Of a stretch of DNA of 64,000 nucleotides, positions 19,200 through 27,398 are shown piece after piece. Location: assembly GCA_024277025.1 (NCBI GenBank), contig JAJRWA010000018.1:56-64055 (forward strand). Reading direction: 5' to 3'. Source of the stretch: Candidatus Krumholzibacteriota bacterium. GTDB lineage: Bacteria > Krumholzibacteriota > Krumholzibacteriia > LZORAL124-64-63. The position numbers were made by a program, and so were the translations under genes. Each line of letters opens with the position of its first letter. The first letter of the stretch is position 1. The notes under the pieces were generated by a model that saw nothing but the letters and a program-made list of their open reading frames with translations, was not told the origin of the DNA and searched no databases.

Positions 19200-20732
19200 A
19201 TGCCCCTTGGCTGGCGTCTGGCCCTGTACACAGCCGTCATCGTGGCCCTGGTCATGGGCGCGGTCACCGCCTTTCAGGAAACGAAGAACACCACCTACGA
19301 GCGTCAACAGTTGATCGGAGGCCTGCGGTCATCCCTCCTGCCCCTGGCGGCCCGGCTTGAGGCGGCCGGGAGCATCCGGGAGATGGAACAGGATCTGCAG
19401 TTGTTTCACCAGTCGTACCGGCGGGCCGGGATCGAGAGCCGCCACCTCACCCTCACCGCCCCGGACGGTGGCGTGCTGTTCTCGACCCTGCCGTCCGAAC
19501 CGCAGGTTGCAGCGTACATGCGTGTGGATCTGCCGATCACCAACAGTCAGTTGGGCCCCGGCGCCGCAGAACTGTCCATCTACCAGGACCAATCAGCCTG
19601 GCAGGCCCACATCCACAGCCGTTGGCGGCGCGGTCTCTTTCATTTCGTGGCGACTCTGGTGTCGATCCTGCTGGCGTTGCAGATCGCCATCCGGGTCCTG
19701 GTCACCGCACCGCTGGAGCGTCTGCTCGAAGGAATCCGCAAGACGGAAATGGGCTATTGGGGCGAAGTCGCCGATCCCGGCGGCGCCTGGGAGATCCGCT
19801 GGGTGGTTTGGCGGTTCCAGAACATGGGCCGTGAACTTGAACGCACAGTCCAGCACCTGCTGGCGGCCGAGAAGCGCGCCCGGGGGGCGGCCGCCGCCGA
19901 CCGGATGCCGCTCAGGCAGGCCGCCGCCGAGTCGCCCGACAGCCGGACGCCAACCGCTACGGGACGGCTTGACCCGCCCACCTATCCGGCCAGCCGGCTA
20001 CTGGCGGTCTGCTCCCGTCTTGAGGGTGTCCATGAGCCGTCATCCACTGATCGCCATCTGGCCCAGGCCGCGGTTGGCCGCCATGCGTTTGCGGCCGAGG
20101 CCCTGGGTGACATGACTCTCAAGTGCCGGTTGGAGAACGCGAGCCTCAGGATCCTGGAACCCACGGCCTATCACGACCTGGCCCAGCGGGTCGAGGCCTA
20201 CACCAGCAGCCGCCGCAACTCTCTGCAGCATTGCCAGGAGCGCCTGCGGACTGTGCTTGAGCAGAACATGGTTCCGGTCGTGGAACTGCATGCCCGCAAC
20301 AAGCACATCGCCGGCATCCACGCCAAAATGAGGAGCAAGGGACTGGAGTTCACGCAGATCCACGACCTGTTCGCCCTGCGCGTCGTCGTGCCCAGCGAAT
20401 CCGACTGCTACTGGGCACTCGGTCTGGTCCACGAGACGTTCGCACCGGTGGTCGGCCGCTTCAAGGACTACATCGCGGCCCCCAAACCGAATGGCTACCG
20501 CAGCCTCCACACCTGTGTCCGGGTCGAGGACACACTCGTGGTTGAGATCCAGATCCGTTCCCTGGCCATGCACCGCAGCGCGGAAAACGGAGCAACTTCG
20601 CACTTGAACTACAAGCAGGAAAACCGGTCAATGACGATGGCGAAACGGAGGAAAGGTTTGTCCGCAATCAGTATCGCCGCCACGGCGAAGAAAATGTTCG
20701 ACAAGTCACATCGTACACAGGAAACGGGGTAA
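19200..20732 (+). CDS. Two-TM, HAMP-containing RelA/SpoT-type (p)ppGpp synthetase
   Basis: TM1, about 120-aa extracytoplasmic region, TM2, HAMP-like TAPLERLLEGI...WEIRWVVWRFQNMGREL, then ARNKH...K...IHDLFALRV...RFKDYI...KPNGYRSLHT...EIQIRS...AENG...HLNYK. Start may be GTG 19188. Confidence 0.88.
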   Translation: MPLGWRLALYTAVIVALVMGAVTAFQETKNTTYERQQLIGGLRSSLLPLAARLEAAGSIREMEQDLQLFHQSYRRAGIESRHLTLTAPDGGVLFSTLPSEPQVAAYMRVDLPITNSQLGPGAAELSIYQDQSAWQAHIHSRWRRGLFHFVATLVSILLALQIAIRVLVTAPLERLLEGIRKTEMGYWGEVADPGGAWEIRWVVWRFQNMGRELERTVQHLLAAEKRARGAAAADRMPLRQAAAESPDSRTPTATGRLDPPTYPASRLLAVCSRLEGVHEPSSTDRHLAQAAVGRHAFAAEALGDMTLKCRLENASLRILEPTAYHDLAQRVEAYTSSRRNSLQHCQERLRTVLEQNMVPVVELHARNKHIAGIHAKMRSKGLEFTQIHDLFALRVVVPSESDCYWALGLVHETFAPVVGRFKDYIAAPKPNGYRSLHTCVRVEDTLVVEIQIRSLAMHRSAENGATSHLNYKQENRSMTMAKRRKGLSAISIAATAKKMFDKSHRTQETG

Positions 20733-20735
20733 GTC

Positions 20736-21353
20736 ATGTCTGCCAGAAACTGGAAACCTATTGTCCTGGCTCTGTTGGTCCTGCTGGGCGCGAACCAGGC
20801 ACTCGCCCTTGACCTTGGCGGTCACGATCGGGATGGGTTCGTGTTCGGCCTGGTCGTCGGCCATGGCTGGAATGCAATCCACACCGCCGACATCAACGGC
20901 GAGTCCCAGGGCACCAACCACATGGCCGCTTTCAACGGCGCCCTCAAGTTCGGCTGGGCCTGGAACGACGCACTTGTCGGCTTTATCGGCATGTCCGGCT
21001 GGAGCCGTGGTGCGAATCAGGACACCGCCCCGGCCTCGGCCACCAACCTGAATCTACTCGCCGAATTGTACTACTTTCCCGGCGGGCGCGGATTCTGGCT
21101 GAAGGGCGGTGCGGGCGCCGGCTCCCTTGACTACTTTTTGAATGCAGCCGAGCCGGGAGGCAACATCGTTTTCAAGGAGAGCGGATACGCCCTCACCTTC
21201 GGCACCGGCTTCGAGGTCAGGCTGCGGGGGCGGTACGGCGTGGGCCTGAGCTACGACTACACGCGGCTCGACATCAACGACTTTGGCAATATCACCGGGG
21301 CCAGGACCGGCAATCAGGTCATCGCCGTCAGTATCCTGATGTATGGCTCGTAG
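20736..21353 (+). CDS. Putative outer-membrane beta-barrel protein
   Basis: Signal peptide (ALA), HDRDGFVFGL, amphipathic strands GFWLKGGAGAG, FGTGFEVR, GLSYDY. Starts 3 nt after the upstream stop. Confidence 0.7.
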   Translation: MSARNWKPIVLALLVLLGANQALALDLGGHDRDGFVFGLVVGHGWNAIHTADINGESQGTNHMAAFNGALKFGWAWNDALVGFIGMSGWSRGANQDTAPASATNLNLLAELYYFPGGRGFWLKGGAGAGSLDYFLNAAEPGGNIVFKESGYALTFGTGFEVRLRGRYGVGLSYDYTRLDINDFGNITGARTGNQVIAVSILMYGS

Positions 21354-21398
21354 AGCCTACCCGGCGCGACCGCCGGCGAACCCGCGAGCGAGGTAAAA

Positions 21399-21989
21399 AT
21401 GAAGACGGTTCTGCTGATACTGACCGGAGTGCTGATCGTCGGCATCGGGTTGGTTCTTTTTTTCATGCGCGGCGCCCTGGCCACCGGTGTGCAGCATCCG
21501 CTAGCCGACAGTCAGGGTGTGCTGTGGGACCAGGAGTCCCGCACCCTGGCGGGTGAGGCCACAACCCTGGCCCCCTGGCGAGGGCAGGTCGCGCTGGTGG
21601 TCAACGTGGCCAGCAAGTGTGGGCTGACGCCCCAGTACGCCGGCCTCGAAAGCCTCTATACCGAACTGCGGGACCGCGGGTTCGTGATCCTGGCCTTTCC
21701 CAGCAACGATTTCATGGGACAGGAGCCGGGCACACCGGATGAGATCCGCACCTTCTGCACGGACAATTTCCAGGTGGATTTCCCCCTGTTCGCCAAGGTG
21801 CGGGTCAAGGGTGACCGGATGTCGGGCGTCTACGGGTTCCTGACCGCGGGCGGACTCGAACCGCCAAGCTGGAATTTCACCAAATACCTCGTTGGCCGCG
21901 ACGGCCGAGTCATCGCCCGCTACGCGCCGCGGACCAGGCCGGATGATCCGCACCTGCGGCAGGCGATCCTTGCCGCCCTGGGTGAGTGA
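21399..21989 (+). CDS. Glutathione peroxidase family (Cys type), N-terminal membrane anchor
   Basis: VVNVASKCGLTPQY, FPSNDFMGQEPG, WNFTKYLV. The catalytic codon is TGT. Confidence 0.93.
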   Translation: MKTVLLILTGVLIVGIGLVLFFMRGALATGVQHPLADSQGVLWDQESRTLAGEATTLAPWRGQVALVVNVASKCGLTPQYAGLESLYTELRDRGFVILAFPSNDFMGQEPGTPDEIRTFCTDNFQVDFPLFAKVRVKGDRMSGVYGFLTAGGLEPPSWNFTKYLVGRDGRVIARYAPRTRPDDPHLRQAILAALGE

Positions 21990-22128
21990 CGGCCTTCCCC
22001 AAAAATGACCCGGTGGAAATCCTTTTCCACCGGGTCACATGGCATTCCTTTGCCCTTGTTGTCGCTCCGTCGAAACGGATCTGCCGGCGCGTTCAATCAC
22101 GCCACCGGCGGGCTAAAAACCAGGCCGC

Positions 22129-25059
22129 TCAGGAACAGCCGGTCGTCCCCCCGCAGTTGTGGCACTTGTAGCACGAGCCGCTGCGGGTGGTCACTGAACC
22201 ACACTCCGGACACGGCGGGCTGTCCTGCTGCCGCTGGATCGTGCTCTTGTCCTCGGTTCTGTCGCCATAGGTGATCCGGCTGACCGTTTCACCATTCATC
22301 TGCATGGCCATCTCTTCCTTGCCGACCCTGGCCTTGGCCTGTTTGAGGGCCTCGGCCTCGCGGGTATCATCCTCGCCGTCGGGTACGGTACCATCGGCCT
22401 CGCCGGCATGCTCGCCGAACTTCAGATCCATCCAGCGGAAGATGTAGTCCATGACCGACTTGGCAATGGGGATCTCCGCGTTGCTGGTGAACCCGCTGGG
22501 CTCGAAGCGCGCGTGGCTGAACTTGTTGATCAGCACCTTCAACGGCACGCCGTACTGCAGCATGATCGAAACGCTGGTGGCGAAGCTGTCCATCAGTCCG
22601 CTGACAACCGAGCCTTCCTTGGCCATGGAGATGAACATCTCGCCCGGCTTGCCGTTGGGATACATGCCGATCGTCAGGTAGCCCTCGTGGCCCGCGATGG
22701 AGAACTTGTGGGTGATGGCCGTGCGTTCGTCCGGCAGGCGCACCCGCTTGGGCTTGGGCGGTGCCTGGTGGTCATCGGCAGCCACCGCATCGTCCTGCTT
22801 GTTGCTGGTGTTCAGCGGCTGCAGGCGCTTGGAGTTGTCCCGATAGATGGCCACGGCCTTGAGGCCCATCTTCCAGGCTTCCAGGTAGGTTTGCATGATC
22901 TCGTCCACGGTCGCCTCTTCGGGCAGGTTGACCGTCTTGGAGATGGCCCCGGACAGGAAAGGCTGCACCGCGCTCATCATGCGCAAGTGGCCCATGTAGT
23001 CGATGGACCGCACGCCGTTGGCCGGCCGGAAGGCGCAGTCGAAGACCGCCAGGTGTTCGTCCTTCAGGTGCGGCGCGCCCTCGATGGTCTCTTCACGGCC
23101 GATGTACTCGGTGATCGCTTCGACTTCCTCGTCCGTGTAGCCGAGTTTCTCCAGCGCATCGGGCACCGAATTGTTGACGATCTTCATCAGCCCGCCATCG
23201 ACCAGTTTCTTGTACTTGACCAGGGCGATGTCCGGCTCGACGCCGGTGGTGTCGCAGTCCATCATGAAACCGATGGTGCCGGTCGGCGCCAGGACCGTGA
23301 CCTGGGCGTTGCGGTAGCCGTAGTCGTGGCCCAGGGCGTAGGCCTCGCGCCAGACGGTCTCCGCCGCCTCGAGCAGGTCCGTGGGCACCCGGTTGGCGTT
23401 GATCTTGTTGACCGCCGCCCGGTGCATGCGCACCACTTCCAGCATGGGCTCGCGGTTCTCGGCGTAACCCTCGAAGGGACCGATCTGGCTGGCGATCTCG
23501 GCGCTCGTCAGATAGGCCTGGCCGCACATCAGGGCGGTGATCGCCGCAGCGTAGTCCCGGCCCGTGTTGCTGTCGTAGGGCAGGCTGCGATTCATCAGCA
23601 GGGCGCCGAGGTTCGCGTAGCCCAGGCCCAGAGGCCGGAACTTGTGGCTGTTGTCCTCGATCTCCTCACGGGGATAACTGCTGTTGCCGACCAGGATCTC
23701 CATGGCCATGATCATCAGCCGCGAAACATAGCGGAACGCATCGATGTCGAACTCGCCGTCCTCGCGCCGGAATTTCATCAGATTCAGCGAAGCCAGATTG
23801 CAGGCCGAGTTGCTCAGGAACATATACTCGCTGCAGGGATTCGAGGCGTGGATGCGATCAGTCGTCTTGCAGGTGTGCCAGTCGTTGATCGTGGTGTCGA
23901 ACTGCATGCCCGGATCGCCGCAAACGTGGGTGCCCTCGGCGATCTTGCGCATCAGGTCGCGGGCCCGGTAGGTGTCCATGGGCCGGCCATCGGTGATCGC
24001 GTGGGTGGTCCACTCGCCGTCTTCCTCGACCGCCCGCATGAACTCGTTGGTCACCCGCACCGAGTTGTTGCTGTTCTGGAAGAAGATCGAGCTGTAGGCC
24101 TCGCCGCCGAAGCTGCCGTCATAGCCCTGGTCCATCAGGGCCCAGGCCTTCTTCTCTTCATTGACCTTGCAGTCGATGAATTCCTCGATGTCCGGATGAT
24201 CGGCGTTCAGAATGACCATCTTGGCCGCGCGGCGCGTCTTGCCGCCGCTCTTGATCACGCCGGCGAAAGCATCAAAGCCGCGCATGAAGCTGACCGGACC
24301 GCTGGCCTGGCCGCCCGCCGAAAGGCTCTCGCGACTGGAGCGCAAAGTCGACAGGTTGCTGCCGGTGCCGCTGCCGAACTTGAACAGCAGACCCTCGGTC
24401 TTCGCCAGATCCAGGATGCTGGCCATGCTGTCTTCGACCGAGTTGATGAAACAGGCCGAGCACTGGGGGCGCTTTTCGACGCCGACATTGAACCAAACCG
24501 GCGAGTTGAAGGCCGCCAGCTGGTTGACCAGGATGTGCTTCAGTTCGTTGCGGCATATCTCTGCATCCACGGTGGTGGCGAAGTACTCATCCTTCAGGCC
24601 CCAGTCCGTGATCGTATCGGCCACCCGATCGATCAACTGGCGCACACTGTGCTCGCGTTCGGGCGTGCCCTGGCCGCCACGGAAATACTTGCTGACCACG
24701 ACATTGGTGGCCATCTGGGTCCAGTTGGCCGGAATCTCGCAGTTGTCCTGGCGGAAGATCGTCTCACCCTTGTCGCTGGTGATCGTGGCCGAGCGCATCT
24801 CCCACTCGATCTCGTCATACGGGTGCACGCCCTCGGTCGTGTAGCGCCGCTCGGCCGTCAGGCCGCGGCCCTTGATGCGGGCCTGGTCCCCATCGACTTC
24901 CGCGGCAGTGTCCAACATCTCTTCGGTTGCGGTCTCGAGACGGGCGGCCGGTCGCGTGCCCGTCTCGGGACCGTCCCCGAACAGGACGCCGCCGGTATTT
25001 GCCTGCAGGTCCTGGTTGGGTTGGTGTTTTCTGGTCTCAGCCTTGATCCGATCCGCCAT
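22129..25059 (-). CDS. nrdJ: Vitamin B12-dependent (class II) ribonucleotide reductase with TSCPD region and C-terminal Cys cluster
   Basis: FNSPVWFN, QCSACFI, GGKTRRAAKM, SNPCSEY, ACNLASLN, APTGTI, GAISKTVN, C-terminal CPECG...CHNCG. Confidence 0.96.
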   Translation of the reverse strand: MADRIKAETRKHQPNQDLQANTGGVLFGDGPETGTRPAARLETATEEMLDTAAEVDGDQARIKGRGLTAERRYTTEGVHPYDEIEWEMRSATITSDKGETIFRQDNCEIPANWTQMATNVVVSKYFRGGQGTPEREHSVRQLIDRVADTITDWGLKDEYFATTVDAEICRNELKHILVNQLAAFNSPVWFNVGVEKRPQCSACFINSVEDSMASILDLAKTEGLLFKFGSGTGSNLSTLRSSRESLSAGGQASGPVSFMRGFDAFAGVIKSGGKTRRAAKMVILNADHPDIEEFIDCKVNEEKKAWALMDQGYDGSFGGEAYSSIFFQNSNNSVRVTNEFMRAVEEDGEWTTHAITDGRPMDTYRARDLMRKIAEGTHVCGDPGMQFDTTINDWHTCKTTDRIHASNPCSEYMFLSNSACNLASLNLMKFRREDGEFDIDAFRYVSRLMIMAMEILVGNSSYPREEIEDNSHKFRPLGLGYANLGALLMNRSLPYDSNTGRDYAAAITALMCGQAYLTSAEIASQIGPFEGYAENREPMLEVVRMHRAAVNKINANRVPTDLLEAAETVWREAYALGHDYGYRNAQVTVLAPTGTIGFMMDCDTTGVEPDIALVKYKKLVDGGLMKIVNNSVPDALEKLGYTDEEVEAITEYIGREETIEGAPHLKDEHLAVFDCAFRPANGVRSIDYMGHLRMMSAVQPFLSGAISKTVNLPEEATVDEIMQTYLEAWKMGLKAVAIYRDNSKRLQPLNTSNKQDDAVAADDHQAPPKPKRVRLPDERTAITHKFSIAGHEGYLTIGMYPNGKPGEMFISMAKEGSVVSGLMDSFATSVSIMLQYGVPLKVLINKFSHARFEPSGFTSNAEIPIAKSVMDYIFRWMDLKFGEHAGEADGTVPDGEDDTREAEALKQAKARVGKEEMAMQMNGETVSRITYGDRTEDKSTIQRQQDSPPCPECGSVTTRSGSCYKCHNCGGTTGCS

Positions 25060-25235
25060 GATCTACTCCTTGTGTTCAGATCCTTCTGAACTCCCGCCCC
25101 TCGGGAATCGTCATGTTGTTGAGTATTATCGTCAACCGCCTGTTGCCTGGTCAGATCGGGCCAACCGACACTGCCAGGGACACGTTTCCATCTTGAGGAA
25201 AAGTGAGGTCGAGCTTGATTTTCCGTGTGGGAAAA

Positions 25236-25283
25236 GCCCCATATATAGGGGACTCCAACCATTCGGACCACAGCCCCTTGTGG
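25236..25283. promoter_or_regulatory. Tandem NrdR-box-like sites upstream of nrdJ
   Basis: GCCCCATATATAGGGG (25236-25251) fits acaCwAtATaTwGtg. A weaker CCACAGCCCCTTGTGG starts 32 bp later (25268-25283). Confidence 0.65.
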
Positions 25284-25376
25284 CCGTGACAGGACATTAG
25301 GTCTTCGGATTTTTCGTTTCAAAGCAAATATTTCATTTTTTTTTGGTATACAGAAACCGAGGTGGGGAAAGTGGGC

Positions 25377-25437
25377 AAAACCATCGGCAAAGCGGAATTT
25401 GCGGTGGCCTGAGGCCTCTGAAAATTTTTGCCGATGG
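25377..25437 (-). terminator. Long hairpin, probable terminator of the liu-HDOD-arsC-like operon
   Basis: CCATCGGCAAA (25381-25391) pairs with TTTGCCGATGG (25427-25437), with further inner pairing. TTTT follows on the minus strand. Confidence 0.45.
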
Positions 25438-25591
25438 GGTCCGCCATTTCACGCGTCAACCCTGCCGGAGGATTGTGGCCTTTTCATGGCCAAATTAAAG
25501 ATACCTGTATCTTGCTGACGCTACGTAAAATACGCTGACAAACAGACATTTTCGCGGTCCCGCCTGATCCGGGATCTCCGAACAGGTCCCA

Positions 25592-25999
25592 TCAAACCTC
25601 GGCGGCCAGTGCCGCCACGATCGCCCGGATCTCGTCCCGGCCCCGCCGGAAGTCCGCGCGGGTCTCCTCCGGACTGCCCTGGAAGGACATGGGATCGTCC
25701 ACAGGCAGGCGCCGGTGCCGCTCCGGCCGGGCCAGGGCCGGCAGATACTTGCCGGCCTCTTTGCTGAGCGTGACGATCAAATCGAAGCTGTCGAGATCCA
25801 CCTGGTCAATGGTCTTGGGTTCCTGTCCGGCCATGTCCAGGCCCACTTCGGCCATGACGGCGCGGGTCTTGGCCGAAATCCGATAGGTCAACAATCCGGC
25901 GCTCTGCACTGCCCAGTCGGCGGGAAACAGTTGCTTCGCCCAGGCCTCGGCCATCTGACTGCGGCACGAATTGGCCGTGCAGACAAAAAGGACTTTCAC
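25592..25999 (-). CDS. LMW-PTP/ArsC-family protein
   Basis: P-loop FVCTANSCRSQMAE and DDP motif. Lacks the distal Cys pair. Confidence 0.85.
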   Translation of the reverse strand: MKVLFVCTANSCRSQMAEAWAKQLFPADWAVQSAGLLTYRISAKTRAVMAEVGLDMAGQEPKTIDQVDLDSFDLIVTLSKEAGKYLPALARPERHRRLPVDDPMSFQGSPEETRADFRRGRDEIRAIVAALAAEV

Positions 26000-26871
26000 C
26001 GGCTCTCCCCGATCACGCTCAACATCGTGTCCAGATCACCCGGCAGGCGGGCGGCGAATTCGTCCACAAGCGCTTCCTCATAGCCCAGGTTCGCCATGAA
26101 CTCGGTCAGGTCCGCACCGGCCATCGCCGTTGCACCGCCGCCAAAACCACACCACGCCGCCACGGCATTGGCGCCGGCCACCGCGGCCGCGAGGGTCGCG
26201 GCCTCCGGGTCGTTGCCGTTCCCGCCGACCGCATCCCCGCCGGGTCGGTGGTGCCCGGCAATCAGGTCCACCAGCGCTGGCGGAAAATTCCAGGCCTGGG
26301 CCAGGGCCGCGCCGGCCTCGGCATGGTCAAAGCCCATGATCTGCACCTCGGCGGCCTGCAGGGCTGCGGCCGTCGGCTCGGACGGCAACTGGACCAACTT
26401 CTGTTTCAGGGCGCCATTGAGCAGCAGCTTGCCGATGTCATGGACCAGACCGGCGGTGAACGCCCGTTCGCGCAAGGAAACGTCGGGCTGCCGCGAGGCC
26501 AGGTGGGCCGCGCCCAGGGCCGTCCCCAGGGCGTGGTGCCACATCTGGTTGCGCTCCATGTGATAGCCGGTCAGGGGCCCCCGCAGCACATCGCCCATGC
26601 TGGCGGCGAAGGCCAGATTGACAATCGTCCGATTGCCCAGCAGGACCAGCGCCTGGCGGGCCGTGCCCACCTGGCGGCGCAACCCATAGTAGGCGCTGTT
26701 GCACAGCTTGAGCAGATTCGCCGTCAGGGAGGGATCCTTCTCGATGACCGCCAGGACCTCGTCGGCGCCAACGGTCGCGTCGTCCAGCAGGTCCATCAGG
26801 CGCATGGTGGTCGACGGCAGGCTGCGCAGCTCGCTGGTGCCGGCGATCAGGTCTTGCAGGGTTTTCGACAT
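25996..26871 (-). CDS. HDOD domain protein
   Basis: LRSLP, IEKDPSLTANLLKLCNSAYYG, MWHHAL, AFTAGLVHDIGKL, GFDHAEAGAALAQAWNFP. Confidence 0.92.
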   Translation of the reverse strand: MSKTLQDLIAGTSELRSLPSTTMRLMDLLDDATVGADEVLAVIEKDPSLTANLLKLCNSAYYGLRRQVGTARQALVLLGNRTIVNLAFAASMGDVLRGPLTGYHMERNQMWHHALGTALGAAHLASRQPDVSLRERAFTAGLVHDIGKLLLNGALKQKLVQLPSEPTAAALQAAEVQIMGFDHAEAGAALAQAWNFPPALVDLIAGHHRPGGDAVGGNGNDPEAATLAAAVAGANAVAAWCGFGGGATAMAGADLTEFMANLGYEEALVDEFAARLPGDLDTMLSVIGESR

Positions 26872-26892
26872 AAATAGTACCGTGACGAAAAA

Positions 26893-27387
26893 CTACTCCG
26901 ACGGCGTGATGTCCACCAAGGACTCACCCTGGGCCACCACCTGGCCGTCGCTGACGTGTACAGCCGCGATTACCCCCGCGACCGATGCGGACAATTCAGT
27001 CTCCATCTTCATCGATTCCATGATCAGCACGGTCTGCCCCACCATCACCGTCTCCCCCACCGCCACCGTCACCTGCACGACCTTGCCCGGCATATCAGCC
27101 GTCAAGTTGGGACCACCGCCCGACTGTTCCTCATCATCGGCGTGCTCGGGATCCGGCAGACGCAGCGCATGGACCTTGCCGTCGCAGAAGACGAGTCGTT
27201 CGTCACCCCTGACCGCAACCCACAGCCGGCGCCGTCCCTGGTGGGTTTCCACCAGCCAGGACCCATCGCCATCGAGGACCGCCTGCAGGGGGATCGTCCG
27301 GTCTCCCAGCTGCAGACGCCAGTCCTGGCCATCACGAGTCACCTCGACGGTCACATCTTCATCATCGGCGCGAAAGTTCAAATGCAA
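26893..27387 (-). CDS. Biotin carboxyl carrier subunit (BT + BCCP)
   Basis: ADMPGKV...MESMKME biotinylation motif. Own RBS GAGGA and TTG start. Confidence 0.9.
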   Translation of the reverse strand: MHLNFRADDEDVTVEVTRDGQDWRLQLGDRTIPLQAVLDGDGSWLVETHQGRRRLWVAVRGDERLVFCDGKVHALRLPDPEHADDEEQSGGGPNLTADMPGKVVQVTVAVGETVMVGQTVLIMESMKMETELSASVAGVIAAVHVSDGQVVAQGESLVDITPSE

Positions 27388-27398
27388 AGGATTTCCTC

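Noticed and set aside
22129-25059. Intein or intron in nrdJ
   Set aside because: Motifs are continuous, with no splice-junction or LAGLIDADG signatures.
25080-25235. Possible cobalamin riboswitch upstream of nrdJ
   Set aside because: No ordered B12-box motifs were found on the minus strand, and NrdR-like boxes explain the regulation better.
25361-25376. GTGGG repeats resembling MraZ boxes
   Set aside because: Only two copies with a 9-bp period, and no dcw genes nearby.
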